This document shows, one piece after another, positions 19,853-30,806 of a stretch of 64,000 bases of DNA; positions within the stretch are counted from its first letter, which is position 1, and each line of letters starts with the position of its first letter. Under the pieces are notes generated by a model. It was not told the DNA's origin. It saw only the letters and a program-made list of their open reading frames with translations, and searched no databases. Origin of the DNA: Patescibacteria group bacterium (GTDB lineage Bacteria; Patescibacteriota; Microgenomatia; UBA12405); assembly GCA_023380755.1 (NCBI GenBank), contig JAMCSD010000006.1, positions 120,385 to 184,384 on the forward strand, written 5' to 3'. Made by a program: the position numbers and the translations under genes.

Positions 19853-21809
19853 CCGCGGCCAATCGATCGTCGATCTCGTTATCGCCATGGGTTTGTGTGC
19901 CGTTTTATTGCCGGCCCTGATTACCGGCCTGGTCGCTTCCCGTAACGGCAAAGCCCAGCAGCAGCAGCGCGACGAAGCCACCACTCTTCTTAAGGAAGCC
20001 GAGGAAGCCGTCCGCAGTATCAAAGAAAAAAGCTGGGACGATCTCGTCCCCATCGGCTCGACCTTGCACTTAGCCCGTGCCGGCACCGGCTGGAGCTTAG
20101 CGGCTTCGCCGGAAACTATTAACGGTTTTACCCGTTCGATTACCATTCATAATGTTTATCGGGACTCTAATTTCAATATCATTGGCACCGGCACCAGCGA
20201 CCAAATTGATCCCTCCACCAAAGAAGTCGCCATTACTGTTTCCTGGTCTCAGCCCATTCCCGCCACCTCTCATACTGATTTCTACCTTACCCGTTACTTA
20301 GGCAATAAATATTATGAAGATACATCTGTCGCCGATTTTAACGCCGTTGGCACCACTCAGACCAACGTCCAGGTCACAAATATATTAGGCGGCGAAGTTA
20401 TCTTAGGACCTGGTAATCTGAATGCTGATTGGTGTCAACCTAATTTAACCGTAACCACCGTCGATTTACCCAAAAACGGAGTAGCTAATGCTATCTCGGC
20501 TATTCCCGCCAACGGGTCCAATCCGGCCTATGCCTTTGCTGGCACCGGCGATAACGCTAGCGGCGTTTCCTTTGCGAAAGTTAATATTACTGATACTAAT
20601 CCTCCTCAAGCTTCCATTCCCAATCCGGGCACTTTTGATGGTTTTAAAACCAATGCTGTCTTTGGAGAAGCTAATTACGCCTACCTTGGGACTGATAACA
20701 ATTCCAAAGAAATTGAAATAATCAATTTACAGACAAATCCCTATTCTGAAGCCGGCTATTTTAACGCTCCCGGTAATGGCAATGGTAACGCTATTTATGT
20801 TGCTAATAATATCGGTTATATGGCCAGTGGAAATAAATTTTATACCTTCGATCTCAGTTCCCGGATAGGTAATCGGGGTAATCCGCTAAACAATGGTCAT
20901 GTCACTACTTTGGCCGGCACCGCCACTAAGATCAGAGTCATTAACTACCGAGCATATATTTCGGAAAATAGTACCTCACGACAAATGGAAATTATTGATG
21001 TTTCCAATCCTGCCAATCCTTCCGTTATCGGTCAAGCAGTCAGCTTAAACGATCAAGGAGCTACCGATATTTTTATCAACGATACCGAAACTCGCGCCTA
21101 TCTGGTAACTTCAGCCTCTTCCACCAAAAATGATCTTTTTGTCCTCGACATTTCCACCCATACCGGAAACCGGCCTGTTCTTACCAGTTACAACACCAAC
21201 GGTATGAGCCCAAAAGGTGTCATCGAAGTCATGAATGACCAACGATTAATTGCCGTTGGCATTGGCGGTACGGAGTATCAAGTTTATTCTTATAACGATT
21301 CCACCCACACCATTAGTCTATGTGGCCCCGGAGTTAATGTTGATAGTGGTATTAATGGGGTTGCCGCTGTCACCCAACCTTCAGGTAATGTGTACTCCTA
21401 CATCATTACCGGAGATGCCACAGCTGAATTGAAAATTATTGCTGGTGGTCCCGGCGGGAGTACTCTTTACGCCACCATAGGTTATTTTTATTCTCGACCC
21501 TTCGATTCTACTAACCCCGTAGTCTACAACCGTTTCTTTGCCAATACCGATACGCCTACTGGCACCACCATTACTTTTAAGCTTGCCGCTGCTCCGCCGG
21601 GAAGTAGTGGTTGTAGCAATGCCAATTATCAATTTGTTGGACCCGATCTTAGCATCAATACTACCTATCCCGGCAGTAGTTTTATTCCCTGGAGTAACGG
21701 CCCCAATTTCTACAATCCTGCCCGTTGTTTTAGATACGAAGCCATTCTTTCCGGTGATGGCACCCACACCCCCACCCTTTACGATTTTACGGTTAACTAC
21801 TCTCCATGA
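19827..21809 (+). CDS. Large pilin-like protein with LVIVD-like beta-propeller (candidate tip adhesin)
   Basis: G|QSIVD pilin-like N-terminus; EIIDVSNPANP repeats. Confidence 0.7.
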   Translation: MASLPPSTNRGQSIVDLVIAMGLCAVLLPALITGLVASRNGKAQQQQRDEATTLLKEAEEAVRSIKEKSWDDLVPIGSTLHLARAGTGWSLAASPETINGFTRSITIHNVYRDSNFNIIGTGTSDQIDPSTKEVAITVSWSQPIPATSHTDFYLTRYLGNKYYEDTSVADFNAVGTTQTNVQVTNILGGEVILGPGNLNADWCQPNLTVTTVDLPKNGVANAISAIPANGSNPAYAFAGTGDNASGVSFAKVNITDTNPPQASIPNPGTFDGFKTNAVFGEANYAYLGTDNNSKEIEIINLQTNPYSEAGYFNAPGNGNGNAIYVANNIGYMASGNKFYTFDLSSRIGNRGNPLNNGHVTTLAGTATKIRVINYRAYISENSTSRQMEIIDVSNPANPSVIGQAVSLNDQGATDIFINDTETRAYLVTSASSTKNDLFVLDISTHTGNRPVLTSYNTNGMSPKGVIEVMNDQRLIAVGIGGTEYQVYSYNDSTHTISLCGPGVNVDSGINGVAAVTQPSGNVYSYIITGDATAELKIIAGGPGGSTLYATIGYFYSRPFDSTNPVVYNRFFANTDTPTGTTITFKLAAAPPGSSGCSNANYQFVGPDLSINTTYPGSSFIPWSNGPNFYNPARCFRYEAILSGDGTHTPTLYDFTVNYSP

Positions 21810-22309
21810 AAAAATTAACCCTCGGCTTTACTCTTACCGAAATGATGGTCTATATCGGCCTCTTTTCCATCTTTTTGCTGGTCTTAACTGAAATTTTTGT
21901 TTCCATTCTTGACGTCCAAAAGGAATCCGAAGCCCTATCCAGTGTTGAGCAGGACAGCCGTTTTATTGTTGCCCGGTTAATTTACGACATCCAGCGCGCC
22001 CATAGCATTGATTTACCTTCCACTTTGGGTAGCCAAGGTTCCACCCTCTCCTTAACCATCAACTCAACCACTAATACTTATGCCCTCAATGGAGACAATA
22101 TCGCCGTCACCATCGGCGGTACGGCCACTCAATTTAATAGTTTTGATACTACCGTTTCCAATCTGCTCTTTCAGCATCTTGGCAATCCCGGCGGCAAGCT
22201 TGATTCTGTTGAAGTGTCATTTACCGTTACCAGCCGCACCGTCCGCCCTTCCGGTCCGGAAATTAAAAATGTCGATACTGTCATTAATTTACGACCTAAC
22301 TCTTCATGA
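21806..22309 (+). CDS. Minor type IV pilin
   Basis: G|FTLTEMMV motif. Confidence 0.88.
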   Translation: MKKLTLGFTLTEMMVYIGLFSIFLLVLTEIFVSILDVQKESEALSSVEQDSRFIVARLIYDIQRAHSIDLPSTLGSQGSTLSLTINSTTNTYALNGDNIAVTIGGTATQFNSFDTTVSNLLFQHLGNPGGKLDSVEVSFTVTSRTVRPSGPEIKNVDTVINLRPNSS

Positions 22310-22680
22310 AAAAATTAACCACCGGCTCTGCCACCGTCACCCTCATCATTTTTATTGCCATTGCCTCCATTATTACCACTGCCGCCATCACCACCATTGC
22401 CGTCAACTCCTTGGCCGCCTCCCGCTTCGAAGAGGGGAATGTCGCTTCCTTTGTGGCCGAATCGGGCATTGAAGAAGGTTTAATCCGCTTTTTGCGCGAC
22501 CCCCTAAATTACACCGGTGAAACCCTGACGACTTCCGATGGCCAAGCCCAAATCACCGTTTCCGCCGATAAAACCACCCTGACCTCCACCGGCACTGCCG
22601 GTAATTACGTCCGGACCATTCAAGTCCAGCTTAATTATTCCGATAATTTAACTCTCTCCTCATGGCACGAAATCTATTAA
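22306..22680 (+). CDS. PilX-like minor pilin
   Basis: G|SATVTLI, AESGIEEG motif, C-terminal W.E. Confidence 0.75.
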   Translation: MKKLTTGSATVTLIIFIAIASIITTAAITTIAVNSLAASRFEEGNVASFVAESGIEEGLIRFLRDPLNYTGETLTTSDGQAQITVSADKTTLTSTGTAGNYVRTIQVQLNYSDNLTLSSWHEIY

Positions 22681-23717
22681 AGTTCTCCCCTAAAATAGCC
22701 GTTCTCGTGGTTCAAAAAAACGGTCTTGGCTATTACGATGACTCTCGCGAATTAAATTTTAAGTTTCCTGCGGGGGCTGTGGTTGACCAAGAAATTGTTG
22801 ACCCTCTCCAATTTACTGCCACGCTTCAACAATTTATTCACGACCATCATCTTGAGCCCCACACCCTCTTATTGGTTCTAGATAAATCCTATTGTTTTTC
22901 CAAAATCTTTACCGCCGCCCCCGCCGCCGAAGCGGTTAACGAATTCTTGGCTAACATTCCTTTTTCATCCCTATCCTCGCTTCTTGCCCCGGTCGACAAC
23001 CGCACCTATCTTTTGGCCGTCAATAAAGATCTTTATGAAACCATCAAAAACGTTTTTCATCAGTCGAAATTTAAAATCACCCTGGTTCTCCCGAGTCTGG
23101 CCCTCGAGACTGCCAATTTAACCATCAAAAAACAGCTGACCCCTCATGCTCTTAAAGAAATTTCCCAAAAACAAAAAATCCTTAAAACCTTTAATTTTCT
23201 GGGAAGCCGCTCCCCATCCTATTCCTTTAGTGCCGCCTTTAAGCGTCTCCAAAACCATTCTTCCCGCAACTTATTTATTTTGCTTCCCGTCTTTTTATTT
23301 TTAGTCATTATTTTAGGTGGCCTTTTATGGCTTCGCTCTCATCCGTCGGTTCGTTTAGTCCGCTCCGGCATTACTAATATTCACCCGATCCCGACTAAGG
23401 CAGTTACTCCCACTATCCGCCCTTATTCTTTAGAAAGTACCACCATCAAAATTATTACCGCCGCCAACCGGCCTTCTAAAAATGCCGACAAGCTCAAAGA
23501 TAATCTCGCCTCCCTGGGCTTTAAAAATGTTGTCCTTAGCTCTACTACTGCTCCCAATACTTCCGCCAAAACCATTCTTTCATTTTCTCTTCGCTATCCT
23601 GCTGATCTTAAAGATAAGATTACATCAAGTACCAATAAGTTATTTATAGATACAATTATTCAAGACGATAATAACCTGGCTGCAGATGTCGTAATCACGG
23701 TGGGACAGAGTAATTAA
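22662..23717 (+). CDS. Pilus-locus membrane protein with C-terminal LytR_C-like domain
   Basis: Single TM; C-terminal IKII...A..LK..L...GF ... DVVITVG. Confidence 0.55.
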   Translation: MARNLLKFSPKIAVLVVQKNGLGYYDDSRELNFKFPAGAVVDQEIVDPLQFTATLQQFIHDHHLEPHTLLLVLDKSYCFSKIFTAAPAAEAVNEFLANIPFSSLSSLLAPVDNRTYLLAVNKDLYETIKNVFHQSKFKITLVLPSLALETANLTIKKQLTPHALKEISQKQKILKTFNFLGSRSPSYSFSAAFKRLQNHSSRNLFILLPVFLFLVIILGGLLWLRSHPSVRLVRSGITNIHPIPTKAVTPTIRPYSLESTTIKIITAANRPSKNADKLKDNLASLGFKNVVLSSTTAPNTSAKTILSFSLRYPADLKDKITSSTNKLFIDTIIQDDNNLAADVVITVGQSN

Positions 23718-23802
23718 AAGAATAAGCGGTAATTTAAATTGACAGAATAATTTATTGTATGTTATCGTGGACTTGGATTGTTAAATATTAATAAAAAAAA
23801 TT

Positions 23803-24258
23803 ATGAGCTTATCCAAGCTTCAGTCAAAATCCTCCCAGGGTTTCACCCTCATCGAATTAGTCGTTGTCATTGGTATTTTGGCCGTCCTTTTAACCATCGT
23901 CTTAGTCGCGGTTAACCCCAGCAAACAATTCCAAGCTGCTGATGACACTAAACGACGTAGTGATGTCAACGCTATTCTAAATGCTATTTCACAATATTCT
24001 GCCGATCATCACGGATTATTACCATCCGGTATTGGTGACTCTGCTGCTGAAATCGGCACCCTTACTAACCTTTGTTCTGATTTGATTACTTCTCCTGGCA
24101 ACTATATTCCCGCTCTACCAGTTGACCCCACTCTTTCCACCGGACCTATTACCACTTGCACCGGCTCTTTCACGACCGATTATAGTGCCATGCATGATTC
24201 AAGTGGACGTGTAACTGTGGCTTCAATCTTAAACTCAGATATTTCTGTAATGCGCTAA
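23803..24258 (+). CDS. Type IV pilin, probable major subunit
   Basis: G|FTLIELVVVI, D..RRSDV, LPVDP; own TTGACA promoter and terminator. Confidence 0.88.
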   Translation: MSLSKLQSKSSQGFTLIELVVVIGILAVLLTIVLVAVNPSKQFQAADDTKRRSDVNAILNAISQYSADHHGLLPSGIGDSAAEIGTLTNLCSDLITSPGNYIPALPVDPTLSTGPITTCTGSFTTDYSAMHDSSGRVTVASILNSDISVMR

Positions 24259-24274
24259 TTTTTCTCGAACTTTT

Positions 24275-24307
24275 AACATCCCCCGCCGCGGCGGGGGTGT
24301 TTTTTTT
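24275..24307 (+). terminator. Rho-independent terminator
   Basis: AACATCCCCCGCCGCGGCGGGGGTGTT followed by a T-run. Confidence 0.85.
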
Positions 24308-24340
24308 GACATCAACTCTACAATCTGTCATCATACCCCC

Positions 24341-24571
24341 ATGAATAAAACACTCCTTATCGTCCTCTCGGTTGTCGCTGGTTTACTTTGTCTCGTCCTC
24401 GCCTTTATTTATTTCACCACTCCCGCTGCCGCCTTGCCCCACTTTTTGCCTGGCTTTAACGCCGCCTTAACTAAAGTCCATCATTACAAACATGGGTTAG
24501 GTGCGCTTATTTTAGGCTTGGGTTGTTTTGTTTTTGCCTGGTTCCAAAGCGGCCAAAAATCAGCCAAGTAA
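24341..24571 (+). CDS. Small two-TM membrane protein
   Basis: ORF with two hydrophobic helices. Confidence 0.7.
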   Translation: MNKTLLIVLSVVAGLLCLVLAFIYFTTPAAALPHFLPGFNAALTKVHHYKHGLGALILGLGCFVFAWFQSGQKSAK

Positions 24572-25411
24572 TAAAATTACACTGGTCACTATTCCCGCGG
24601 CCAAGCAGTAAATCGCGAAAGGTTTTAAGGTATCGTTTTTAAAGTATTTTTCCAAAAATCGCACCGAGAAAAAAGCCGCTACAGCTGCCGCTAATGCCCC
24701 GGCCACCGTCGGCCCTAATATCGCCTGGCCGTTGGGGGTAGCGAGCTCCGGAATTTTCAAGAGCGACGCTGCTCCGATTACCGGGGTTGCTAGCAGAAAA
24801 GAAAACCGTGCCGCATCTTCGTGCGACAGTCCGGTTAATAACCCCCCGGTGATCGTTGACCCCGTTCGGGAAAAACCGGGCAAAAGGGCCAAGCATTGTA
24901 AGCCCCCCACCTTTAATGATTGCCCCCAGCTTAGTTTGGCAATTCGCTTGTCGCTGTCACCCGTCGTCTGGGCTACCGCTCTCCGTCGCAAAATTTCCGC
25001 CCCATACAGCATCACTCCGTTAAGTACCAGGAATCCCGCCGCTAATTGGGCTGAGGCAAAAATTTTTTTAAAAGTTTCTTCAAACAGCAAACCCATAATT
25101 CCCGCCGGAATGGTCCCTACGACCAGCAGCCAGCCCAGTTTGGCATCACTGTCTTTTATTTCCCGCTCCTTTAAGGACCTTAAGAGTCCCTTAATAATCC
25201 GCCACCAGTCTTTCCAAAAAAATAAGAAGAGGACTAAGGCTGTCGCGGTGTGAGTAGCCACTAAGAATGTCAAAAACATCGGGTTGCTTTCCTTCATCTG
25301 CCAATTTAAAAACCGTTCCAAAATGACGCTGTGCCCCAGGCTCGAGATGGGAAACAATTCGGTAATACCCTGAAGTGCCCCAATAAGTATCGCTTGAGCG
25401 TATGAAAACAT
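24560..25411 (-). CDS. uppP: Undecaprenyl-diphosphate phosphatase
   Basis: QGITELFPISSLGH, LPGFSRTG, ARFSFLL. Confidence 0.95.
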   Translation of the reverse strand: MFSYAQAILIGALQGITELFPISSLGHSVILERFLNWQMKESNPMFLTFLVATHTATALVLFLFFWKDWWRIIKGLLRSLKEREIKDSDAKLGWLLVVGTIPAGIMGLLFEETFKKIFASAQLAAGFLVLNGVMLYGAEILRRRAVAQTTGDSDKRIAKLSWGQSLKVGGLQCLALLPGFSRTGSTITGGLLTGLSHEDAARFSFLLATPVIGAASLLKIPELATPNGQAILGPTVAGALAAAVAAFFSVRFLEKYFKNDTLKPFAIYCLAAGIVTSVILLLG

Positions 25412-25447
25412 CTAGTCTGAGTATAGGGCACGGCGGTAAAATAATAT

Positions 25448-25765
25448 ATGGCTGAATCTAGTTTCCGGGAGCAGGTTTACGCCCTGGCCCGTCAAATCCC
25501 CAAGGGTTTTGTCGCCACCTATGGCCAGCTGGCTGCCCTGGCCGGCCACCCCCGGGCTGCCCGGGCTGTCGGCTTTTTTATGAAAACCAATCCCGATGCT
25601 CCTCGGACTCCCTGCCACCGGGTCGTCGCCAGTGATGGCCGTTTAACCGGCTATTCTGGGGCTGGGGGAGTAGCCGCTAAACGCGCCATGCTGCAGTCTG
25701 AAGGAGTCGTGTTTAAGGGTAAAAAGGTTGATCTCTCCGTTTCTTCCTGGCTCAAAAAAACTTAA
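25448..25765 (+). CDS. O6-methylguanine-DNA methyltransferase family protein
   Basis: TYGQLA, ARAVG, PCHRVV active site. Confidence 0.9.
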   Translation: MAESSFREQVYALARQIPKGFVATYGQLAALAGHPRAARAVGFFMKTNPDAPRTPCHRVVASDGRLTGYSGAGGVAAKRAMLQSEGVVFKGKKVDLSVSSWLKKT

Positions 25766-25771
25766 GCATCG

Positions 25772-26878
25772 TCACTTATACAAATAGAAAAAATCTTTAT
25801 TATAGCCATTTAAATATTGTCCTTTGCCATCATACAGCCGGGTCGACAGCGGCTCGCTTAAGTAATTATTACCACCCTGAGAATTAAAAATATTAAATTT
25901 TACCCAATAAGGATTAATGTCTAACTGGATGGCATTCACCGCCCCGGCCATTTTCAGTGCTTCCGCCAAACTGTCGGCATTCAAATTATTTCCCACCGCA
26001 AACAGCAGGTTGCCATCTTTGGTCAATCCTAATCCCGACCGCCAGGTAAAAATACTGGCCGTAATTGTCCGCCCCCACAGTTTCTTATTTTTTGGGTCGA
26101 GTACCGCTAATTGTCCATTCAACACCAGAATTGGGCAATTCTGCCGCACAAACGCTACCCCCGGCCCCAACTCTTGACCTTCATAATCGATAATCTTCAA
26201 GTCCCCGTTGTCATAGGCTACCAGCGTTCCTAAATCTTTTTTCAATGGTAAATAAGTAGTTTCGCCCACTATCATGCCGTAGGCTCCATCCCGGTACTGA
26301 AAGCCGCCGTCAAACGCCGCTATCAATCGCCCGTTATTCACAATTTCTGCTGGTACCACTCCGGGTCCCGGTTTCCCCACCGGCCCGCCTGGTTCCTTTT
26401 TGCCGGCTACCAATCCCAGTCTTAAGGCTTTGATATCAATTTGCGCCACGTTGACCAGGGCATAAGGCCGTTCCGGATCTGGCCGCACAAAAGTACTGGC
26501 CATTACTGTTTCTTCTGGGAAGAGCTTTAGCGGTCGGTTTTTCCATACTCCCTCTCCTGACAGGGGAGTCAATGCCGGGTTCACCGCCACCGGATTTAAG
26601 TTTAATCGATTCTTATATATGGTGGCTGTTCCTAAGCTATTATCTTGGGCAGCATTAGTCGCCACGGCATTTTTACTGTAAGCTAACTGTTGGGCCTTAT
26701 CCGAGGCATTGTAATAATATTTTTCCAAAGTGATGACATTATTCGCTCCCAGCAAAGGGCGGAGATAGGCATCGGTAAATTCGGCTGCCGCCGGAGTATC
26801 CAATTTTATAAAAGCCACCGCCCCCACTCCCAATACTGCCAGGACCGCGACTACCATAATGCTAAGGCGCTTGAGCAT
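25772..26878 (-). CDS. Phosphodiester glycosidase (NAGPA-like) family protein
   Basis: AAFDGGF, WRSGLG, AIQLDIN. Confidence 0.75.
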   Translation of the reverse strand: MLKRLSIMVVAVLAVLGVGAVAFIKLDTPAAAEFTDAYLRPLLGANNVITLEKYYYNASDKAQQLAYSKNAVATNAAQDNSLGTATIYKNRLNLNPVAVNPALTPLSGEGVWKNRPLKLFPEETVMASTFVRPDPERPYALVNVAQIDIKALRLGLVAGKKEPGGPVGKPGPGVVPAEIVNNGRLIAAFDGGFQYRDGAYGMIVGETTYLPLKKDLGTLVAYDNGDLKIIDYEGQELGPGVAFVRQNCPILVLNGQLAVLDPKNKKLWGRTITASIFTWRSGLGLTKDGNLLFAVGNNLNADSLAEALKMAGAVNAIQLDINPYWVKFNIFNSQGGNNYLSEPLSTRLYDGKGQYLNGYNKDFFYLYK

Positions 26879-26920
26879 AAACTTTTCTCATTATAACAAT
26901 GCTAAACTATTTTGCCATAC

Positions 26921-28096
26921 ATGAAAAAACATGTCCCCGAAATTGATATCGCTCGGGGGATTTCCATTGCCTTTATTGTCTTTTATCATTACTTTTTAGA
27001 ACTTTCCCGCTTTCACCTTCGCCCTATTGTAGGCAGTTTATCCACCAATATTTCCCGCCTCTTCATTCTGCCCTGGTCAATTAAGCTGTCGCTGGTCGTC
27101 AACCCTTTAAGCGCCATTTTTAGTTTTGGCTGGGAGTTTGTCGGCGTCTTCCTTTTCTTAAGTGGCTTTACCCTTTATTACTCCAAAAAAACTTCTCCCC
27201 CCTCCACCAACTCTTTTCTAGTTAAACGGCTCCGGTCGCTAGTTCCGGCTTGGCAGATAGCTATCGCTTTCGCCTTTGTAATTAACCTTATCTTTTCTTG
27301 GGTTTTTCGGTCATATATTATCACTGTGCCCTCCACTAAGATCGTTGATTACCTCTATCTTCTGCTCTATCCTGTCGTCGTCGATTCTGCTTTCCAGCGT
27401 ATACCCGGAGTCAATCCTTCTTTGTGGTTTATGTCGCTCCTGTTTCAATTTTATTTAATTTTTGAAGTCGTATATCTTTTTTGCCAAAAATACGGTATTA
27501 AAAAGGTTTTTTGGTTTTCCTTGCTTATCGATATCTTTTCCCGGGTGATACTGGTTTTTGTTCTTAATGGCATTCCCTCATCGCTCAGTGCCGGAGTTCC
27601 CAAAAATTACCAAGCCTTTACGCTTTTCCCGGCTCGCCTTTTCGAATTTGTTGCCGGCATGTATCTTGCCCAAATCTTTATTGATACTGGCTCCTTTAAA
27701 ACTCTGACCAAAAAGTATGCCCTTCCCGTTGGGATTATTTTTTGGCTTCTGGGCAATATGTGCAACTATTTCGTTGCCGGCTGGGTTCTTTCCGACACCC
27801 TCTTAACCATTGGTCTCGTCATCATCGTTTTTAATGGTTTAGCCCTTTTTAAGGACTTTAAGCACAACACCCTTTTTTCAATCTTAGGAAAAAACTCCAT
27901 TTGGATTTATTTGCTTCACAACCAACCCATTACCCAAATTCTGGTTCCCTTAACTTTTCTTATCGGCCAAAGGTTGCCTTTGTCACTCTCCATCATCCTC
28001 AGCTTTTTAATTTTGGGCATCATTATCGCTTTCTCCACCAAACTTCCTTTTTCTCCCGCTCCATCTAAGACTCTGCTTGTATCACCAACTAAATAA
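26921..28096 (+). CDS. Acyltransferase family 3 membrane protein
   Basis: IDIARGISI..IV.YH, F.FLSGF, LWF....QFY, IYLLH. Confidence 0.88.
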   Translation: MKKHVPEIDIARGISIAFIVFYHYFLELSRFHLRPIVGSLSTNISRLFILPWSIKLSLVVNPLSAIFSFGWEFVGVFLFLSGFTLYYSKKTSPPSTNSFLVKRLRSLVPAWQIAIAFAFVINLIFSWVFRSYIITVPSTKIVDYLYLLLYPVVVDSAFQRIPGVNPSLWFMSLLFQFYLIFEVVYLFCQKYGIKKVFWFSLLIDIFSRVILVFVLNGIPSSLSAGVPKNYQAFTLFPARLFEFVAGMYLAQIFIDTGSFKTLTKKYALPVGIIFWLLGNMCNYFVAGWVLSDTLLTIGLVIIVFNGLALFKDFKHNTLFSILGKNSIWIYLLHNQPITQILVPLTFLIGQRLPLSLSIILSFLILGIIIAFSTKLPFSPAPSKTLLVSPTK

Positions 28097-28116
28097 GTAG
28101 TAGAATAAGTGTTATA

Positions 28117-29940
28117 ATGAGTATTTACCTTAAGCATACGCCAATTTTGCTATGTCTTATGGTTTTAGCCAGCGCCATTTTCTTGGCCCGGCCTTCCTTG
28201 GCGGCCGTTAGCTCCTGGCAAAAAAGCGCCAGTTTTACTCCCGCCTACCCCGACGATTTTAGCAGTACCAACTTTCAGCAGTCACTCAAAAATTACCAAA
28301 GTATCGGTGGCAATTATGTTACCTTAATCATCACTTTGCTCCAAGATAACGAAGGCTCGACCACTATTTATACCGGCAACAATACCCCTTCCGACCAGTC
28401 ATTAGCCAATGCTACTAAATACGCCCAATCTCTGGGGCTGAATGTTGCTTATAAAATCCATATTGATCTAGTCAATAACCACTGGCGGGCCAATATTAAC
28501 CCTTCAGACCGGGCTACCTGGTTTTCCAACTACAATAACTGGCTTTCCCATTATGCAACCTTGGCCGCCGCTAACGGTGTCAATGAATTATTTATCGGTG
28601 CTGAGTTATACGATATGACTAGTACCAAAGTTAATTCCGGCAATACGGGCTATTGGAATAATATGATAGCCGGCGTTCGAAAAATTTTTTCCGGCAAACT
28701 TTCCTATAGCGCCCAAAGAGGGGACGGTCCTTATTACAACGAATGGGGTGAAATCGGCTTTTGGAATAATCTTGATTACTTGGGTATTTCTGCGTATTAC
28801 CCCCTCGCCACCAATCTCAGCAATCCTACGGTCAATGATTATATGGATTCCTGGAAATCGATTGATAGCACTTGGTTTGCGCCGATGTATCAACAATACC
28901 AAAAACCGATTTTATTCAGTGAATTGGGTTACCGCTCCGAGACTGGCACCCACTATCACCCTTTTGACGGCAACACCAACGGCGCGCCCAACATGCAGGA
29001 GCAGGCCGATCTTTATCAGGCCATGCTGCAATACTGGAATAATCAAAACTATGTCCAAGGCCTCCATTTATGGGATTGGCAAACCGATCCTAATGCTGGC
29101 GGTCCCAATGATAACCGTTATACTCCCCAAAACAAACCCGCCCAGTCAGTCATCGCCTCCTGGTTTCAGGGTGGCAGCACTCCCAATCCGACCACTACTC
29201 CCGCTCCCACGGCTGCCCCTGCCCCAACTTCTGCTCCCGGCCAATTTACTTTGTCGGCAGCTATTAACCCCGCCAATCCCACACTTAACCAACCCCTGAC
29301 TGTTACTAGCAGCGTCGCTAATTCCGGCACGGTCAATGATGCCATTGTTGATATTGAAATTTATAATAGCCAAAACCAGCAAGTCTTTCAAAAGTACTTT
29401 GAACACCAAAATCTGTCAAGCACGGCCATTAGTTACCCCCTTTCCTGGCAAACCGGTCAAACCGGTGCCTATCGGGTAGCCATCGGCATCTTCAACAATA
29501 ACTGGTCGGTTAATTACCTCTGGAATAACCAGCTGACCACCTTCACCGTCGGTGCTGTAGCTACTCCGCCTTCGCCTACTCCTACCCCCACCACCACTCC
29601 TACATTACCCACTCCCACCTCCGCTCCTCCCGCTCCCGTCTCCGGCAGCCTAAATATCTGGTGGCCGACCAGCGGTGCCACCCTTTCCGGTGTCCAGCCA
29701 TTTAAGGCCATATTGACCAATAACGATATAAATAATTACCACTTGTATTGGCAGGTTGATGGCGGCGGTCTTAATGAAATGAACAATAGTACTCAAGATT
29801 ACCCTCACAAAGAAACCTCAGTTGATGTTAGCTCCTGGAACTGGCGGGGAAATGGCCCTTACACCATTAATTTTATTGCCAAAGACAATAGTGGCAACAT
29901 CCTCCAGCAACTCTCAGTTTCCATCAATGTCAGTCATTAG
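28117..29940 (+). CDS. Secreted GH113-like glycoside hydrolase with P/T linkers and C-terminal Ig-like module
   Basis: FIGAEL, LDYLGISAYYPL, KPILFSELGY. Confidence 0.75.
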   Translation: MSIYLKHTPILLCLMVLASAIFLARPSLAAVSSWQKSASFTPAYPDDFSSTNFQQSLKNYQSIGGNYVTLIITLLQDNEGSTTIYTGNNTPSDQSLANATKYAQSLGLNVAYKIHIDLVNNHWRANINPSDRATWFSNYNNWLSHYATLAAANGVNELFIGAELYDMTSTKVNSGNTGYWNNMIAGVRKIFSGKLSYSAQRGDGPYYNEWGEIGFWNNLDYLGISAYYPLATNLSNPTVNDYMDSWKSIDSTWFAPMYQQYQKPILFSELGYRSETGTHYHPFDGNTNGAPNMQEQADLYQAMLQYWNNQNYVQGLHLWDWQTDPNAGGPNDNRYTPQNKPAQSVIASWFQGGSTPNPTTTPAPTAAPAPTSAPGQFTLSAAINPANPTLNQPLTVTSSVANSGTVNDAIVDIEIYNSQNQQVFQKYFEHQNLSSTAISYPLSWQTGQTGAYRVAIGIFNNNWSVNYLWNNQLTTFTVGAVATPPSPTPTPTTTPTLPTPTSAPPAPVSGSLNIWWPTSGATLSGVQPFKAILTNNDINNYHLYWQVDGGGLNEMNNSTQDYPHKETSVDVSSWNWRGNGPYTINFIAKDNSGNILQQLSVSINVSH

Positions 29941-30642
29941 TTAGCGGAGTTGTAATCCCAAGCCAGTTAACCCTCCAATCGTATAAGCTATGGCTAAGTA
30001 CAAAGTTAATGGAACTTGCCGCCAACTAACCTTCCGAAAAAGGAAAAAAATATCCGTAGTGATCATTGTCAATAGGGCATAAACCATGCTGATGGCCACC
30101 GTTCCTCGAGTGACGTTAATCGCAATAATGGCGGCTAATATCAAACTATTGATCGCTACCAGAATTAATTCCCGGCCGTTAATACTTACCGGCGCCATTC
30201 TCTCCAGGATTATCAAAGATAAGTTTACTAAGTACGCCCCTCCAAAAATAAACAGGTTGCTCAAATAAAAATCATTTACCGCCAGTCCTCGGCAAAATGT
30301 TCCCGGAACTAAGGTCAAATCACAATAACTATTCAGAAAAAAATTCGTCACCTCGTGAATCCCGTTGCCCACTGCGTAAAAATAGATGCCCAAGAAGAAA
30401 ATTACCCCCAACGCTATTCCTAAGCCATTCTGCAATTTTTGAAATCTGCCGGTGACCGTCCTTAGTATCATAAAAGCGATGACGATAGTTAAGGGCAATA
30501 TTACGGCTATCTGGATTAGTTCATGCAGCCTCAAAAAATCATCAGGTTCTAAATAAACGGCTCCGGTACCCAGCAGCCCTCCGGCTGTCATCGCCAACAA
30601 GCCTATCGATAAGAGTGATAACCAGACAGTTAACGCATTCAT
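29941..30642 (-). CDS. Multi-pass membrane protein of unknown function
   Basis: About 7 TM segments, GNGIHE motif. Confidence 0.65.
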   Translation of the reverse strand: MNALTVWLSLLSIGLLAMTAGGLLGTGAVYLEPDDFLRLHELIQIAVILPLTIVIAFMILRTVTGRFQKLQNGLGIALGVIFFLGIYFYAVGNGIHEVTNFFLNSYCDLTLVPGTFCRGLAVNDFYLSNLFIFGGAYLVNLSLIILERMAPVSINGRELILVAINSLILAAIIAINVTRGTVAISMVYALLTMITTDIFFLFRKVSWRQVPLTLYLAIAYTIGGLTGLGLQLR

Positions 30643-30806
30643 AATGGTCTATATAATGATACCTTAGATCAGACTAGAACTACTATCATAATAGTTGCAG
30701 TATGATTACACCGATTACTATCCTTCGGGCTAAAACTTCTCCGATACCCTTTCCGGGTTCCTCACCCAGCCCCCCAGCTCCGACGAGCTCGCTGGCCAAG
30801 TCCGAA

